Source: Paragordius varius
Lineage: Eukaryota > Animalia > Nematomorpha
Length of the DNA: 64,000 bases
Assembly: GCA_964247055.1 (NCBI GenBank)
Contig: OZ176050.1
Coordinates: forward strand, 3,162,001 to 3,226,000
Reading direction: 5' to 3'
Shown here piece by piece: positions 12,012 to 24,543 of the stretch. The position numbers were made by a program, and so were the translations under genes. Each line of letters opens with the position of its first letter. Position 1 is the first letter of the stretch. The notes below the pieces were generated by a model. The model saw only the letters and a program-made list of their open reading frames with translations, made no database searches and was not told where the DNA came from.

Positions 12012-14360
12012 CAGTGGTACTCAAACCAGTGCCCGCGGGCCTCATCGGCCCTAAGAGTGCCTTAAAATGGCCCTATGACTATGTTGATTTTAATTATTTT
12101 TTATTGATAATTTTTAAAATACACATAAACGAATTTCCGGTTATTTTAATATTAATTTATTTTTTTAGATTTAATTTAAGTAATTTTTTATTTTTTACCC
12201 AATTCGAAATGTAGAAACATTTCCTTACATTAAAATAATTTCAAAATTTTGGCACACGTTGTATCTGTATTCTATTTTCTTTTCTATATTTTTATCGCAT
12301 TCCTTTTTTGTATTTAAGCACGCTTTTCACCCAAACTTGCATATATTCTTTCTATTGCTATCCTGCATCATTTTTTATATCTTATTCCCATAAAATATTT
12401 TTTAAATCAACATCATTAAATTTAGACCTGTTCTTTTATAGCATAATTCAAATTATATCCTATTTTTTAAAAAATTTACAAAATATTTAAACATAAATTT
12501 AAAAAATGACATCTTATGATAAAAAACGTAGAAAATCGCTTCTTTAAAAAAGAATGGGTAGAAAAATTCTTTGTCGTTTAAATAAAAATGTTGTTACCTG
12601 CTTTATATGTAAAGACATAATTATAAAATAATACAATATTGAAAGACATTTTATAATCCATCATTTTCATAAATTACCGAAAATCATGAGGAAGGAAAAG
12701 GAAAAGTAAAAAGATTAAGGAATTACCAGAAAAAATCTATTACCAGCTTCATATGAGAATTTGCTGTATTTAAAAAAAATATGAAACCGTTTACTGATTC
12801 CAAACTAATAAAGGAGTGTCCAATAAATGGTTGCATTTTTTTTATTTGATGAGGCAAATTAAAAAACGTGAATTTTCTAATTCAACATGTTCTCGACGCA
12901 TTGAAGATATGTCTAAATATATTTTTAACAATATATTATTATCTCTAAAAAACTACAATAATTTTAGTATTGCTATTGATTCTAGCATTGATATTAGTTC
13001 AACACCTCAATGTGCGCTCTTCGTGAGATTTTGCAACGACAACATAATCAACGAGGAATATTTAAAATTTTCACCAATGAATAATACCACGAATTTAAGT
13101 GATTTTCTCGAAATAATTAGCACTTTTTTCGATAATATGGTATATCTATGAAAAAATTGGTTTCATCTGCACAGATGGCTGTCCCACTATGATTTAAATA
13201 AACAAAAGATTTATTCCTCTTTTGAAAAACAAATATCTTTGCAAAATATTTTATCCTTTCACTGCTTTTCATCAAAAATTGGTTTCTGTGAAAGATGAAT
13301 CACTCAATTCAGTAATTAAAACGGTTGTGGATATAGTTAACCACATCCGTGGCAAAAAATTCAGCCGCCGTAAATTCAAAAACCTTCTGAAAGATATACA
13401 CAGTGAGTTTGATGATATTCTTTTGTATACGCTGTAAGATGGCTAAGTCTTAGAAAAGTATTAAATGGATTTTTTGTTAAAGACATAAAATTATATTATT
13501 TATAAAATGTGAAAGTTTGACGATCGACGTAGTGACGAATGGTCGGTTTTATTAGCCTACCTTTGCAACATTACTATTAACTTAGTATTTTTAATACAAG
13601 TCTTCAATGGAGCAAATAAATAACCCAACTTACTAAATAATATATAAATAAGATTTTATCAATAAAACACTCCTATATTTTCCAACACTTAAAACGAATT
13701 ATGAAGAAAATATGGAATTTACCGCGGAGATGAATTTAATAATAGCAATCTAACATTGTTATCTAAAATGAAATTTAGTAAATTAAAATTTGCTTAAACT
13801 CGTTGAAAATCTATGGCATATGGATATATACAATATTAAGCAACCTGAGCATTTCGGTTTTGATCAAGCGCATATCATTGAAGAATTCGTATATTTTAAA
13901 AATGATTCCAATTCGGAGGCTATATTCAAGGAGTATGTAGAGTTTTGGCAGAATGTGCCAAATAAATATGAGAATATAAAAAATGTGCTTAATTTTACTA
14001 ACTGTTTTTCCCTCACTTACACGTGTGCAACATATTCAAAGATAAAGTATGTCAAGAATACATACAGAAATCGCTAAACCGATGATCTTATGGACTATTA
14101 TGATTGGCCTGTCATGAGGCAAAACCAAATTTCAAAAATCATTGGCTATATCAAAATAAATGTTGTTATCAAAATATTTTAATTTAAACTAAATGGTGTT
14201 AAATGAGTGTTTAGCTGGATTTACATGCAATCCGCAAAAAAAAAAAAAATGTGCATATGTATCAAATAGCTATGAAATATTTGCCATTATAAGGTTCGTG
14301 GCCCTCAAAAAATATTTATATTTTATTTGGCCCGTCAAATTTTTTTGGTGAGTACCACTG
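12012..14360 (+). mobile_element. hAT DNA transposon (Charlie/SPIN/GTF2IRD2-like), full length, defective
   Basis: Perfect 12-bp TIR CAGTGGTACTCA / TGAGTACCACTG; identical 8-bp TSD GAGTAAAT (12004-12011 and 14361-14368); internal transposase remnants. Confidence 0.93.
12508..14110 (+). pseudogene. Degenerate hAT transposase (frameshifts and stops)
   Basis: Fragments FKKEWVEKFF, FSIAIDSSIDISSTPQCALFVRF, ICTDGCPTM, VIKTVVDIVNHIRG...FKNLLKDIHSEFDDILLY, EYVEFWQNVPNKYENIK are spread over ORFs 12816, 13222 and 13790 in different frames. Confidence 0.85.
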
Positions 14361-14964
14361 GAGTAAATAATTAAAATTGATGCAGATTCTTTGCTATTAT
14401 CGAAATATATACTGAAATAAATCCATTTAGTATGATAATTCTAAGCATTGTAAACATGATTAGCCTTTTAAGACGCTAACACCAATATATTAAAAAATAT
14501 AAAATGTACATTTTTATCGACCGCATAGAATCGAATATATATATATATATATATATATATTCTCATTTATTATTTTTTAAATACCATTGAAATAATAATT
14601 AATTATATATGAATATATATCCATCCTGCATCAGCAAAAGGTTATGGTTATTAAAGCTTTAAATCTAGTGATCCAATTAAATATATATAATTAAAATAAA
14701 AACTTAATTTGGTGGATGGCGCAAACATATATATTTTGTAATTTTACATAAAAATAACATTTAAAATACTTTCAAAGCCTTAAACATTAGATTAAAAAAA
14801 TTTAATATATCATAATGAATTTAATGAGTGTATGTGTTTATTATAATTGCAATTTTGTTTGGATTTTTTGTGTGAAATAGGGGTCTTTATCACAGTATTT
14901 TTTATTTTTTCAGTCGACAAGAGATTTTTATATATAATCCAAATTAGCAATTTAATCTTCAAAC

Positions 14965-15456
14965 TTATTTATTTCCATTATTTTTGATTAGGTCATTGGA
15001 TGTGGTTTTGGAAGATGTAGGGGGTGTCCTAAAATAGAGATATATGTGGTTAATTTGTAATATTTTTTAATTTTAAAATATTATTGAAGGATTAAAACGA
15101 ATCTAAAAAATTTTTTCAACCGTTTTTAAACGGGAAAGCATATAAAATAGTTATGTAAATTACTCTTGTGTGGAATTTTTAATTTGAGCCGAAGAATCAT
15201 TTATACCATTTTTTTTAATTTCATCAATCTTTTCACCAAATTTCGATGTACTCGGGTTATTTCCACCGCTATTATCATTATAATCTCTTAATTCGGTAGA
15301 TATCTTTGGTTTAAATTCATTGTGTGCTGAATCTCCAAACCATTTTTGTTTAGCGGTAAGATGTTTGCTTTGCCATGGATTTTGGCCTTAAAAATATTTT
15401 AATCAATATTAACAAAATATAAAATAGTTTATAACGAAAAACTATAAAAGTTAAGG

Positions 15457-15497
<41 letters not shown>

Positions 15498-18400
15498 GGG
15501 TGTAAAAAATGATTGATTTTAAAAATAAAAATACATATCGGGATATGTACAAAGGTAAAACTGCATAATGCGGTAAATTAGTTTTCGTCAGATTTTTTGA
15601 TAAAATAAACTTTTTTAATTAAAGTGACAAACTCAATTTATATTATATGGTAAAACCAACCCGTAGCATTAAGATTTTGTTGATGATATTGATGTCCCTG
15701 TTTGCCCTTATTATATTGCTTATTTTTGTATAGATTGTTTGAATGATTAGTATTAGGATTATGGATAGTATTTTGAGCAAAAGATGTGGATGATGTTCCA
15801 AAATTTGTGTTTAATATATGATTTTGGTTAATCAGGCTAGTACCATTATTTGTGACAACCGCATAAGACTTAGTATTTGATTCGGAATTTAAAACGCTTT
15901 GATTTTCCAAATTATTTGTTAAGTTATTATTGGCTGTGTTATTGTTACGTCTATTAGCTCGGCGGCGAGACCTACGTCCTCCCCCACTTGTTACTAAAAA
16001 TGTATTTTTTCAATTCCATTTTAAAATACCAAATTACAAGAAATTGAAAAAACTCATTTATAACTTAAAAAATATAGTCCAAAGCCGCAAAACATATGAA
16101 AATGCATGTTATTTTTAAATATAATTCGCAGAGTTTAGTCAAAAATTTAAGCATATCTAAGCCTATATTTGACATATATTTAATACATATTAATATACCG
16201 CTTTATTTGCTTTGACTACAATTTAAATTTTGGGGATTAAACAAACTTTGTTTACGCAAACATATGCTCAAACAATTATTACTTACATAGTATAAAAATG
16301 ATATTTAAGGTTATTAGCAACAATAATAAATATTTTACCATTGGTTTGTTCAAGAGCATGATTTTGATCATGACTGTAATTAACATTGGTTGATTGACCA
16401 TTATTCACATTTTGATTATTTGTAGCACCATAATTATTATTATTACTACCACCTCTAATATGTCCGCGCCCATTTCTACCACCCCGACGACCTCTGATTG
16501 CAGAATTTTGTGTGTTTAATGTATTGCCAATATTAAACCATGTATTAGGAGCATGTGAGTTTCTATTTCTATTACGATTTCGATGACCACTCTGATTTGT
16601 ATTGCCTATGCTCCTTAGGGCTTGTAAAATTTCCATTTGCGTTGCACTATCTAACGAAGTATCATTATTATCGTTAGATGATTCATAATCCTCGCCAGCT
16701 GCTCGATAAAAATAGTGTTCTGGACAAAAATAATCATACATATAATTCTCAAGATCCAATTCATAATCACTGACAGTAATGTAGCCATTTTCCTCCTCTT
16801 CAAAGCTATCGCCATTACTATCCTCAAAAACATGGGGATTGGTTGAGTTTGTTAAAGGTTGACTATTGTTAGTTATTACACTGTTTATTACAGTGCTAAT
16901 TTGATTATTTGCATTTGTCACATTTCGATTGTTTCTTTGTCGCCTCCGTGCTCTCCGTGCCCGACGTCCCCCTACACGTGCATTACCATCCAGATTTGCT
17001 TCAGTATTATGAATATTTCCTTCTGAATTGACATTAACTGTATTAGTTTGTGATTGCGTAGTAGGAGGCCGATTCAAATCATCATTTTGATTAAAAAACT
17101 CAAAAATAGCTGCTGTCTCTTCAGCAATTTGCTCATCTGTCGGATAATTTTCAGACCAAGCTTGTAAATATTCTTCATTATTGCTGACATTTTGATTATT
17201 AACATTGGAATTTTCATTGGTAGTATTTTCTCCAGTTCTACTGATATTATTATTTGATCGAGTATTATTATGGGCATCTATCGTTACAGCGCGCAAGAAA
17301 TCGTCATAATCTATGCCAAATTCACTGTGGTCACTTTCACCATTGTCGTAATAATCAGTTAGGGAGATGTCATCATCTAAACCTGAAACAAATACATGAT
17401 TTATAAAATCAAAAATTGTATATTGTGAAATGCCGTATGAAAATGGGAAAAATGAATACATTTACCTTGATTATTAAGCTAAATAATATTTTTTACATAA
17501 AACAATCTTTAAAAGGCCCCTACCTAAACTAACAAAAAATACACAAATTACATATATATACCAAATATGCGTGAAGCAAAAAAATCCCAAAGTATGACAT
17601 CGTCCAGTTGGCGCCAAGGTTCCCGATTATTTCCATTTCGAGGGCGCCGACCCCTTCGAAGCAAGTTATCAGGATTTCGAGTTGCTAAAGTCCCGTCCGG
17701 GTAAGCATGTTTATAGAAACAAATGTCATGCATGGGACATTTCTCGGCACCTTGTTTGAAGTATTTACATGGTTTTTCACTATAGAGTTAATCAAATATT
17801 GAATATAAGGTCATAATTGTTATATACCATTTACAATTCAATTTCACCCTTAAACAATTCAAATTCACCCTCGAACAATTCAAATTCACCCTCGAACAAT
17901 TCAAACCCTTAAATAAAATATATGTTTTTTAAGATTAAAAATTACCTATATTTTATATATTTTTAAAAAATAAAAATTTTGTTTTAAATTAAAATATTAC
18001 TGAAAAAATTATAAACTATACCATAAACATATATTTCATATTAATAATGAGTTATATTAGTTCAAAAACACATAATTTATTTTTAGGGTCAATTTGAATT
18101 GTTCAAAGGTGAATTTGAATTGTTCAAGGGTGAATTTGAATTGTTGGAGGGTGAATTTGAATTGTTTTAGGGTGAATTTGAACTGTAAATGGTATATTAA
18201 ATAATACAGCAAAATCTAAAATTATTGAATCTTTACGTTAAAAGTAAAAGAGCGGAAATTTATAATTGTTAAATAACATATAAAAATTTAAAAAAACTAT
18301 GATGGTAAATTTTTTGATCCTTAATCTTTCCCATATTATATAATAATTAAAAATGTAAAATATAAATTTTAAGTGTGTAACTAATTTACACATCTATTCC

Positions 18401-21400
18401 TTGTTCCTTAAGCCAGATCGATAGGCTATAATTGAAAAATATCTTAATTTTATAATTTGTTTTGATTTGAAAAAAGTTAAATGATTCTAACGAATATTAA
18501 ATAAATTTATTATTATTTCTGATGATTGCATCATATTATTTTAAAATATGGTTACGTTATCATTAATAAAACTTTTGATATATTCTTATAATATTAATTT
18601 ATATTGTAATATAGATTAATAACATTAACATAATATATTGCAGTCCGTATAATATTATGTGAAGGTACATAACTTAACTAACATTCATTTTATTTTAACA
18701 ATTTTATTAATAATAAATAGGCAGAAAAATTGATTACCTCAAAGATTTCTTGTAATCTTCAATCAATTTATCTTTTTCCATTTTGTCTTCGACCCACACT
18801 TTACTTGGTATGATGAAAAGTGATTGTATTCGGCACTCAGGACAGGATCTAAGAATTAGGCGAGTGGTTGAAATCATAATTTAAATCCAAAATTATACAT
18901 GTCATACAAGGCATTCATGGTTAATTTTTGTGCAAAAAATTCGTATATGTAGTAATGAATGCCTCAGATATCCACAAATTTTTATTTAATGCAACTGTTT
19001 AAAATATAATATAAATTTTAAAAATATATATAATAACACATAAACTAGGATGGACATATTGTGTTGTTCGCATAAAAATAACAAAACAAAGTCAAATATA
19101 ATCAAAATTATATTTGGCAAATATATTTGTGAAATTTGCTATTAATGATGTTCATGTCTAAATTTACTTAACAAAATTATATCAAAGTTTAATGTTCGGC
19201 AAAAGATTGAATTAATTTTTAAGGAAATAAAATAGACAATCAGCCGTGAAGGCATTAAATTAATATTGTATAATTCATGCTATAATTAGCATGATTGTTA
19301 TATACTTATAAAAAATATATATAATGGAAATCCGAAAGCCAACACAGAAAAATATCAAAAATACCTGACAGTCTCGCTGTCCAACGATTGATTTTTGCTT
19401 TGGCGCCAATTCATGATGCAGGAAAGGCAATAACAATGTTGGCAGTTTGGGAGAATTCCAAATCGTTTATCTCTCGATGTTGAAGCAAATGTGGAACGTT
19501 TATTATGGCCTTTAATACATAGAGTAAAATTAAAATTCTTTAAAAGAAAGACTTATTATCAAATCATTTAGTACAAGATTTTCCCATATTTCATATGTTA
19601 ACAAAATTTATATAAATTCTTAATCGACATCACATTTTTTAATTTATTCATCTTCACTTAAAAATATATACCATTAAAGGACAGGAAAAAAACTAAAGTT
19701 CAATCCATTTAACTTTAAATTGGCCATTGTTTGTCAAATTTTATTTTCGGAATACATATGATACGTGATGCCTTGAATTATATAACAATATAGTGCAAAA
19801 GCAAGCCTATTTATATTTGTAACCATATCATTCTTAGAATTATAACATGTTTCAATATATATATGGTTAAAATGCATTGATGCCATGTCTTATTCACAGA
19901 ATGATTATTATATGATAAAAATAATTACTTATTTGAAACTGTTATCATTGTCGTCATTTTTATTTAAGATTGAGATAACTTAAGAAATTTATTTAAAATT
20001 GATTGATTCCTAAGATACACTCAAATTTATATTTATATAATTAAAATATATAGGTTTATAATAATTTTATCAAAATTATACATATTCTTCGTTTTTCAAA
20101 CCTTTATCATAATATGTAATGAATATTATGTATGCAATCCTAGTATACTCAGATTTAACCTTAATTTTCAAGAAAATCACTTAAATATGTAGGGAAAAAT
20201 ATGTATCATTAATGCTAAAAATTATTTAGGTGGACAGTTTTTTTTAGAGTATAAAAGACAAACTTTTTGTGGTTGATTTCAAAGATTCGCCAAGTGGATT
20301 GACATTTTCATCGAGGGGGTTGTCGGACTCGCCGTCTTCACCCAAAACTTTTTCATAACAAATCCCACAAGTTTTTTCTGCACTCCGTTGCACGGCAAAT
20401 GAAAACTCCATTTCCATTTGAATCTCTTTCATACAAGACTGTATTAAAAGGTAAAATATATTACTTATAATTGATGATTAAATTATAATTTCGGTTTTTA
20501 TTTGTGTTTAATCGTTTAAAACATGTGGATTTATTCTGTCAAAAACTAGAACATTGCTTTATACAGGCCTTGCGATGAGGAAAAGTTTACAAATGAGGGT
20601 TCAGAAATTTTTTTTTAGTAACAAAAATTAACTGAAAAAATGATGCCCTTAAACAAAGTTTAGCAAAACTAAGTTTCGCAAAAGTATATAAAACATAAAT
20701 GACCCTAATACAGTATAATACCCAACTTACCAACAGTAAAACACTCTATTTGTTATATTTTCGCTTAAATATAAAAACTAAATTCCGCAGAAACTTAAAT
20801 AAAACTTATATACCTAATTATATATCTATATTTTGTTTCGATAAAACTATCTAACCTCATATAATATAAACCAAACATAAAATGCCCAAACAAACCATAA
20901 GAGTCATTTACATTCTTATTACAAAAATGTGGTCGTAAAAGTAATGAACTAAAGAGACAAATCATGACTCAAAAGTTAAACTAAATAAAAACAAAAACAA
21001 CCTCTTTATGCATGGCATTATAACTTTCATTGTAGGGGTGTAGGACACGCTTAAGGCACACATCACAAGCCAAGGGGTGAATATAACCACATGTGCCTGA
21101 ACTTTCATAAGGACAAATCACAACACCAGTAGACATAAGTGGTTGATTCGAAGTAACAATATTATCAAACAGTTCGCTTTCATTTTCGTCATAAAGCGTG
21201 AAAAAAGGACACAGCGGTAAAGTTGATTTATCTTCGTTTGTTTCGATGAGTGGAGCGTTAGTTTTCAGAGCCGTGGCATAAGAAAGGCCGCCCATACCCA
21301 TCGCACCTGTTGTAGAAAATATATGTATCAAGATCTTTTGGGGAAAAAAACGTAAAAACACAGAATATATTGATATCATTATATTACATTATATTTAAAA

Positions 21401-22175
21401 ATATATTAATTATTAAAAGTGATTGTGGAGAAGTTTTTAAAATAATCGTTAGGCATTTAAAATTTATTTTGTTGTTTGATAAAGATTATTTAACAGTAAA
21501 GCCTTAAAATTATAGACAACGTATACTGAAAATACTTATTAACAGCTATAAATTCGGATTTTTTCGATAACCTCAATAATTTCAATTTCAAAATTTATAT
21601 TAGGGAGATACTCATATACATCTTTTCACCATATTTAATATCCCAAAACAATAAATAATGTAAAAAAGTGGTTAGGACTGTATGATTATATACAAATTTT
21701 GTCTTTTGGATTTAAGTCTTTTTAATTTAATCATTTACGGTAAATACATTTTATTTAGTATATATTTTATTAGCATCAAACCAGGATCGTATGATACTGG
21801 GGGAATAAACTCTTTTGCGTCTGCATTTAGCGGCCGCATTGAAACTTTGACATTTGGTATTTCGGCGCCCTTTTGGTTAGTTTTAACCAATTCTAGATCT
21901 AAATTTATTTTACAAATTTACCAATTCCATTATTTGCTAAATTAGGTTTTCCCTTTTTTGGGTTGACATGGTCGTATCTGATATTATAATGCATATTTTA
22001 CCGGCATTTTTTCTCATACGGACATTTTCCTTTTAGATAAAATCGACAAATCGAGGAAGGTTGATCATCGAGAGAATGAGAAAAACGACAATTAGATCCT
22101 TGATTACAATAACCATATAAATAATATCTAAATAAATATAAATATTTACCGGCATAAAATATTCTTAGTCGACAT
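14965..22175 (-). CDS. MKRN: Makorin (CCCH zinc finger / RING E3 ligase), 13 exons, ~980 aa, with long Asn-rich C-terminal extension
   Basis: Phase-consistent exons: 22175-22150, 22127-22002, 21977-21922, 21898-21782, 21306-21002, 20438-20264, 19509-19365, 18848-18738, 17779-17562, 17382-16339, 15993-15661, 15386-15164, 15028-14965. Motifs: two CCCH fingers (CRYYLYGYCNQGSNCRFSH; CRFYLKGKCPYEKKCRYDH), PAM2-like LNADAKEFIP, Cys-His motif CDVCLKRVLHP, RING (CGIC...FGILPNCQHCYCLSCIMNWR...SCPECR), final CCCH (CKYFKQGAEKCPMHDICFYKH). The last three exons are less certain. Confidence 0.9.
17823..18196. mobile_element. Foldback-type MITE with 21-bp tandem subterminal repeats, in makorin intron 8
   Basis: TATACCATTTACA...TGTAAATGGTATA termini; arrays of AACAATTCAAATTCACCCTCG-like units on the left and their reverse complements (GGGTGAATTTGAATTGTT) on the right. 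Confidence 0.8.
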
Positions 22176-22377
22176 AAACTTTTGTTTTGTGTCCAATAAT
22201 AAATATTTCTACCTAACTGCAAAAACTACAAATCTGTTTTTATATAATATTACAGGTGGCAAAAATTTTTTAAATGAAATAAATAGGCTGTTATTTAATT
22301 CCAGTTAACTTATTTCTAAGCGCGTTATAATAACCCTAGATAAGGAGGGTAGTTTATGTAAATTACATACTGATTAA

Positions 22378-22520
22378 CACTATACAACACATTCATTTCA
22401 GTCTGTCGGTTTATTGGGGTAGTTGGATACACCAGGCCTGTTAAAATTTATTTCTTTGAAAAATATGGAAGGAATCGGAACCATGGCAAAATTTTGCACT
22501 TATAAAGTCCGTAAAAAAAT
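22378..22520. mobile_element. Left-end fragment of piggyBac-like MITE (family of 53918 and 63381)
   Basis: TTAA|CACTATACAACACATTCATT...TTGGGGTAGTTGGATACACCAGGCCTGTTAAAAT matches the TIR of the two complete copies; right end not found. Confidence 0.65.
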
Positions 22521-24050
22521 GGTTTTTATAATAAATATTGGTTTTAAAACACATTCTCGAAAACGCAGGTTCCTATTCAGTTTCTATAAAAAATTTACAA
22601 TTGCGCCGAAACTGACTAAGCACTTTTTTAAAAAATGCGTACCCGGTCAGAAAACCGTCAAATTAAATAAAAGTTGTTTTGATTTATATATCTCGGGTTA
22701 CCTGAGATGAGAAATATTATAAAATGTATTATCGATCCTATCATTACGTTATTAGTCAATTTAAAACAATACAAAAATATTAAAAACTACGTACTGATAT
22801 ATAAAAAATGTATGAAACAGGTTATACCTACTGCTTATTCCAAACATCTTGACAAGGAAATATGCTAATGTAAGGCAGAACGATCGATAGCAAAGGGAAA
22901 ATAAATTAATTTGATCCAACATTCGCCCGTAATAGCTGTTTTATTAGGGATTTTTTCTATAATTTTTTAATAGTACAGTTTTTTTGAACAAGAGAACTGT
23001 GGGTTAAAACGCCGATATATGATTATTGCATGTGGAATACGATTTTAGTGATTGATCATAGGCCTAGAAGGAGAAATGCACAAAAAGTGAATGTAACAGT
23101 ATAAAAGCGCCATTAAGTTCTTTTTAAAGGGAATGGCTCACTGTAGTCATTAATAGATAGATTTTTCTATAATTCCAAGATTGGATTTATTTAAAGATTA
23201 TAATTGAAATTATTTGGTCGATTTCGTTTACACATCCTTATAGTTATCCAAATAATTTAGTTTTGACTTCCAACATTTTCTTCCATCATCGTGTATGCAT
23301 ACCTTTATCTGCTAACATTCCTAACATAAACTATAACGTCCCTAATGACATAAGCCCAAATTTTTACAAAAATTTTATCCACAATATAATTTGCAAAACG
23401 CTAATGCTATTAATATAACCACCCGAACTCACCAAACGCGAATACCGCCCTGAAAAAGAAATAAATACGTCCCAATGTCGTTAAATACCTCCGAAATTTG
23501 AGATGCAACAAAAATTTGATTATCTGTTCATTAAGACACTGCTAAGTATGTGGCTATATAATTTTATATGTAAAATTACCAAAGTTTTTATCCATATAAG
23601 ATATTATATTAAGTACATGAGATATATTTTTGTTATATTTAAATTGTACAGAAAATTATGTAAATGTGTTTAACACTAAATTTTTATTTTATTTTCTTAA
23701 ATTATATGGTGTATTAATGAAATTTGATAAATCTTACTGCCATTTTCTAGAGTATTTTGCTTTTAAACTAATTTTATTAATTTAAATAATTTTTTTATTC
23801 CAATAATCTCCATTCATGACTGTGATCCCTTTCAAAAACTGTCTTTTATCATATTGTATATTCATCTGTAATTATCAACTCTCGTATTATGGATTAGGCT
23901 GAATCAGTATGTTTTAGAATGATATAATGTAACAGCAAATTAATAATAAATTTATTAATGAATTTTCATTAGATTCATCTAACTTATTCGGATTAACATA
24001 AAATAAAAATAAAATTAAAATAATGATACAAAATTAAATTATAAAATATT

Positions 24051-24401
24051 TTATAAAAATAAAGATGTATATGTATTTATGAAGAAATCCGTTACTGGGT
24101 TAACACGATTAATTTCTTTTTGTCTGTTAATCAATTTATCTTCCTTATTTATATAGTAACTTTCTTTTAATAATCTTCTAGTGTCATTTTTTTCGTTATC
24201 TAAAATCTCAACGTTTTCTCAATCAATTTTGTGTCTATACTTGTGTGCATGATATGCAAGTGCCGACACATTTACTTTGTTTCTTCTTTCTGCGGCTTTG
24301 TGTTCTTTTATTCGAGTATTTATACCTCTTTTTGTCTGTCCAATATAAACATCATCACAATCATTACATTTGACTTTGTAAACTACAGATTTTTCATCTT
24401 T
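24051..24401 (-). pseudogene. Penelope GIY-YIG (Uri) endonuclease C-terminal fragment, one internal stop
   Basis: KDEKSVVYKVKCNDCDDVYIGQTKRGINTRIKEHK...SALAYHAHKYRHKID*ENVEILDNEKNDTRRLLKESYYIN...LINRQ; TGA at 24219-24221 replaces the usual Trp. Confidence 0.9.
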
Positions 24402-24480
24402 TCTTCATAAATACATACACATCTTTATTTTTATAAAATATTTTATAATTTAATTTTGTATCATTAAATTTTATTTTTAT

Positions 24481-24533
24481 TTTATGTTAATCCGAAGAAG
24501 TTAGATGAATCTAACGAAAATTCATTAATAAAT
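24481..24533 (+). ncRNA. Minimal type I hammerhead ribozyme motif in the Penelope pseudo-LTR
   Basis: UUAAU-CCGAAGAA-GUUAG(AUGAAU)CUAAC-GAAA-A-UUC-AUUAA: stem I, core (U4C variant), 5-bp stem II, palindromic AAUU minimal stem III, UUC triplet. A second, more mutated copy is on the - strand at ~23950-24001. Confidence 0.7.
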
Positions 24534-24543
24534 TTATTATTAA

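Noticed and set aside
21998-22222. ORF-track N-terminus MQLGRNIYYWTQNKSLCRLRIFYAGKYLYLF as the makorin start
   Set aside because: It starts at TTG, breaks CCCH spacing, and ends in a stop before the last His of finger 2; the micro-intron model fits better.
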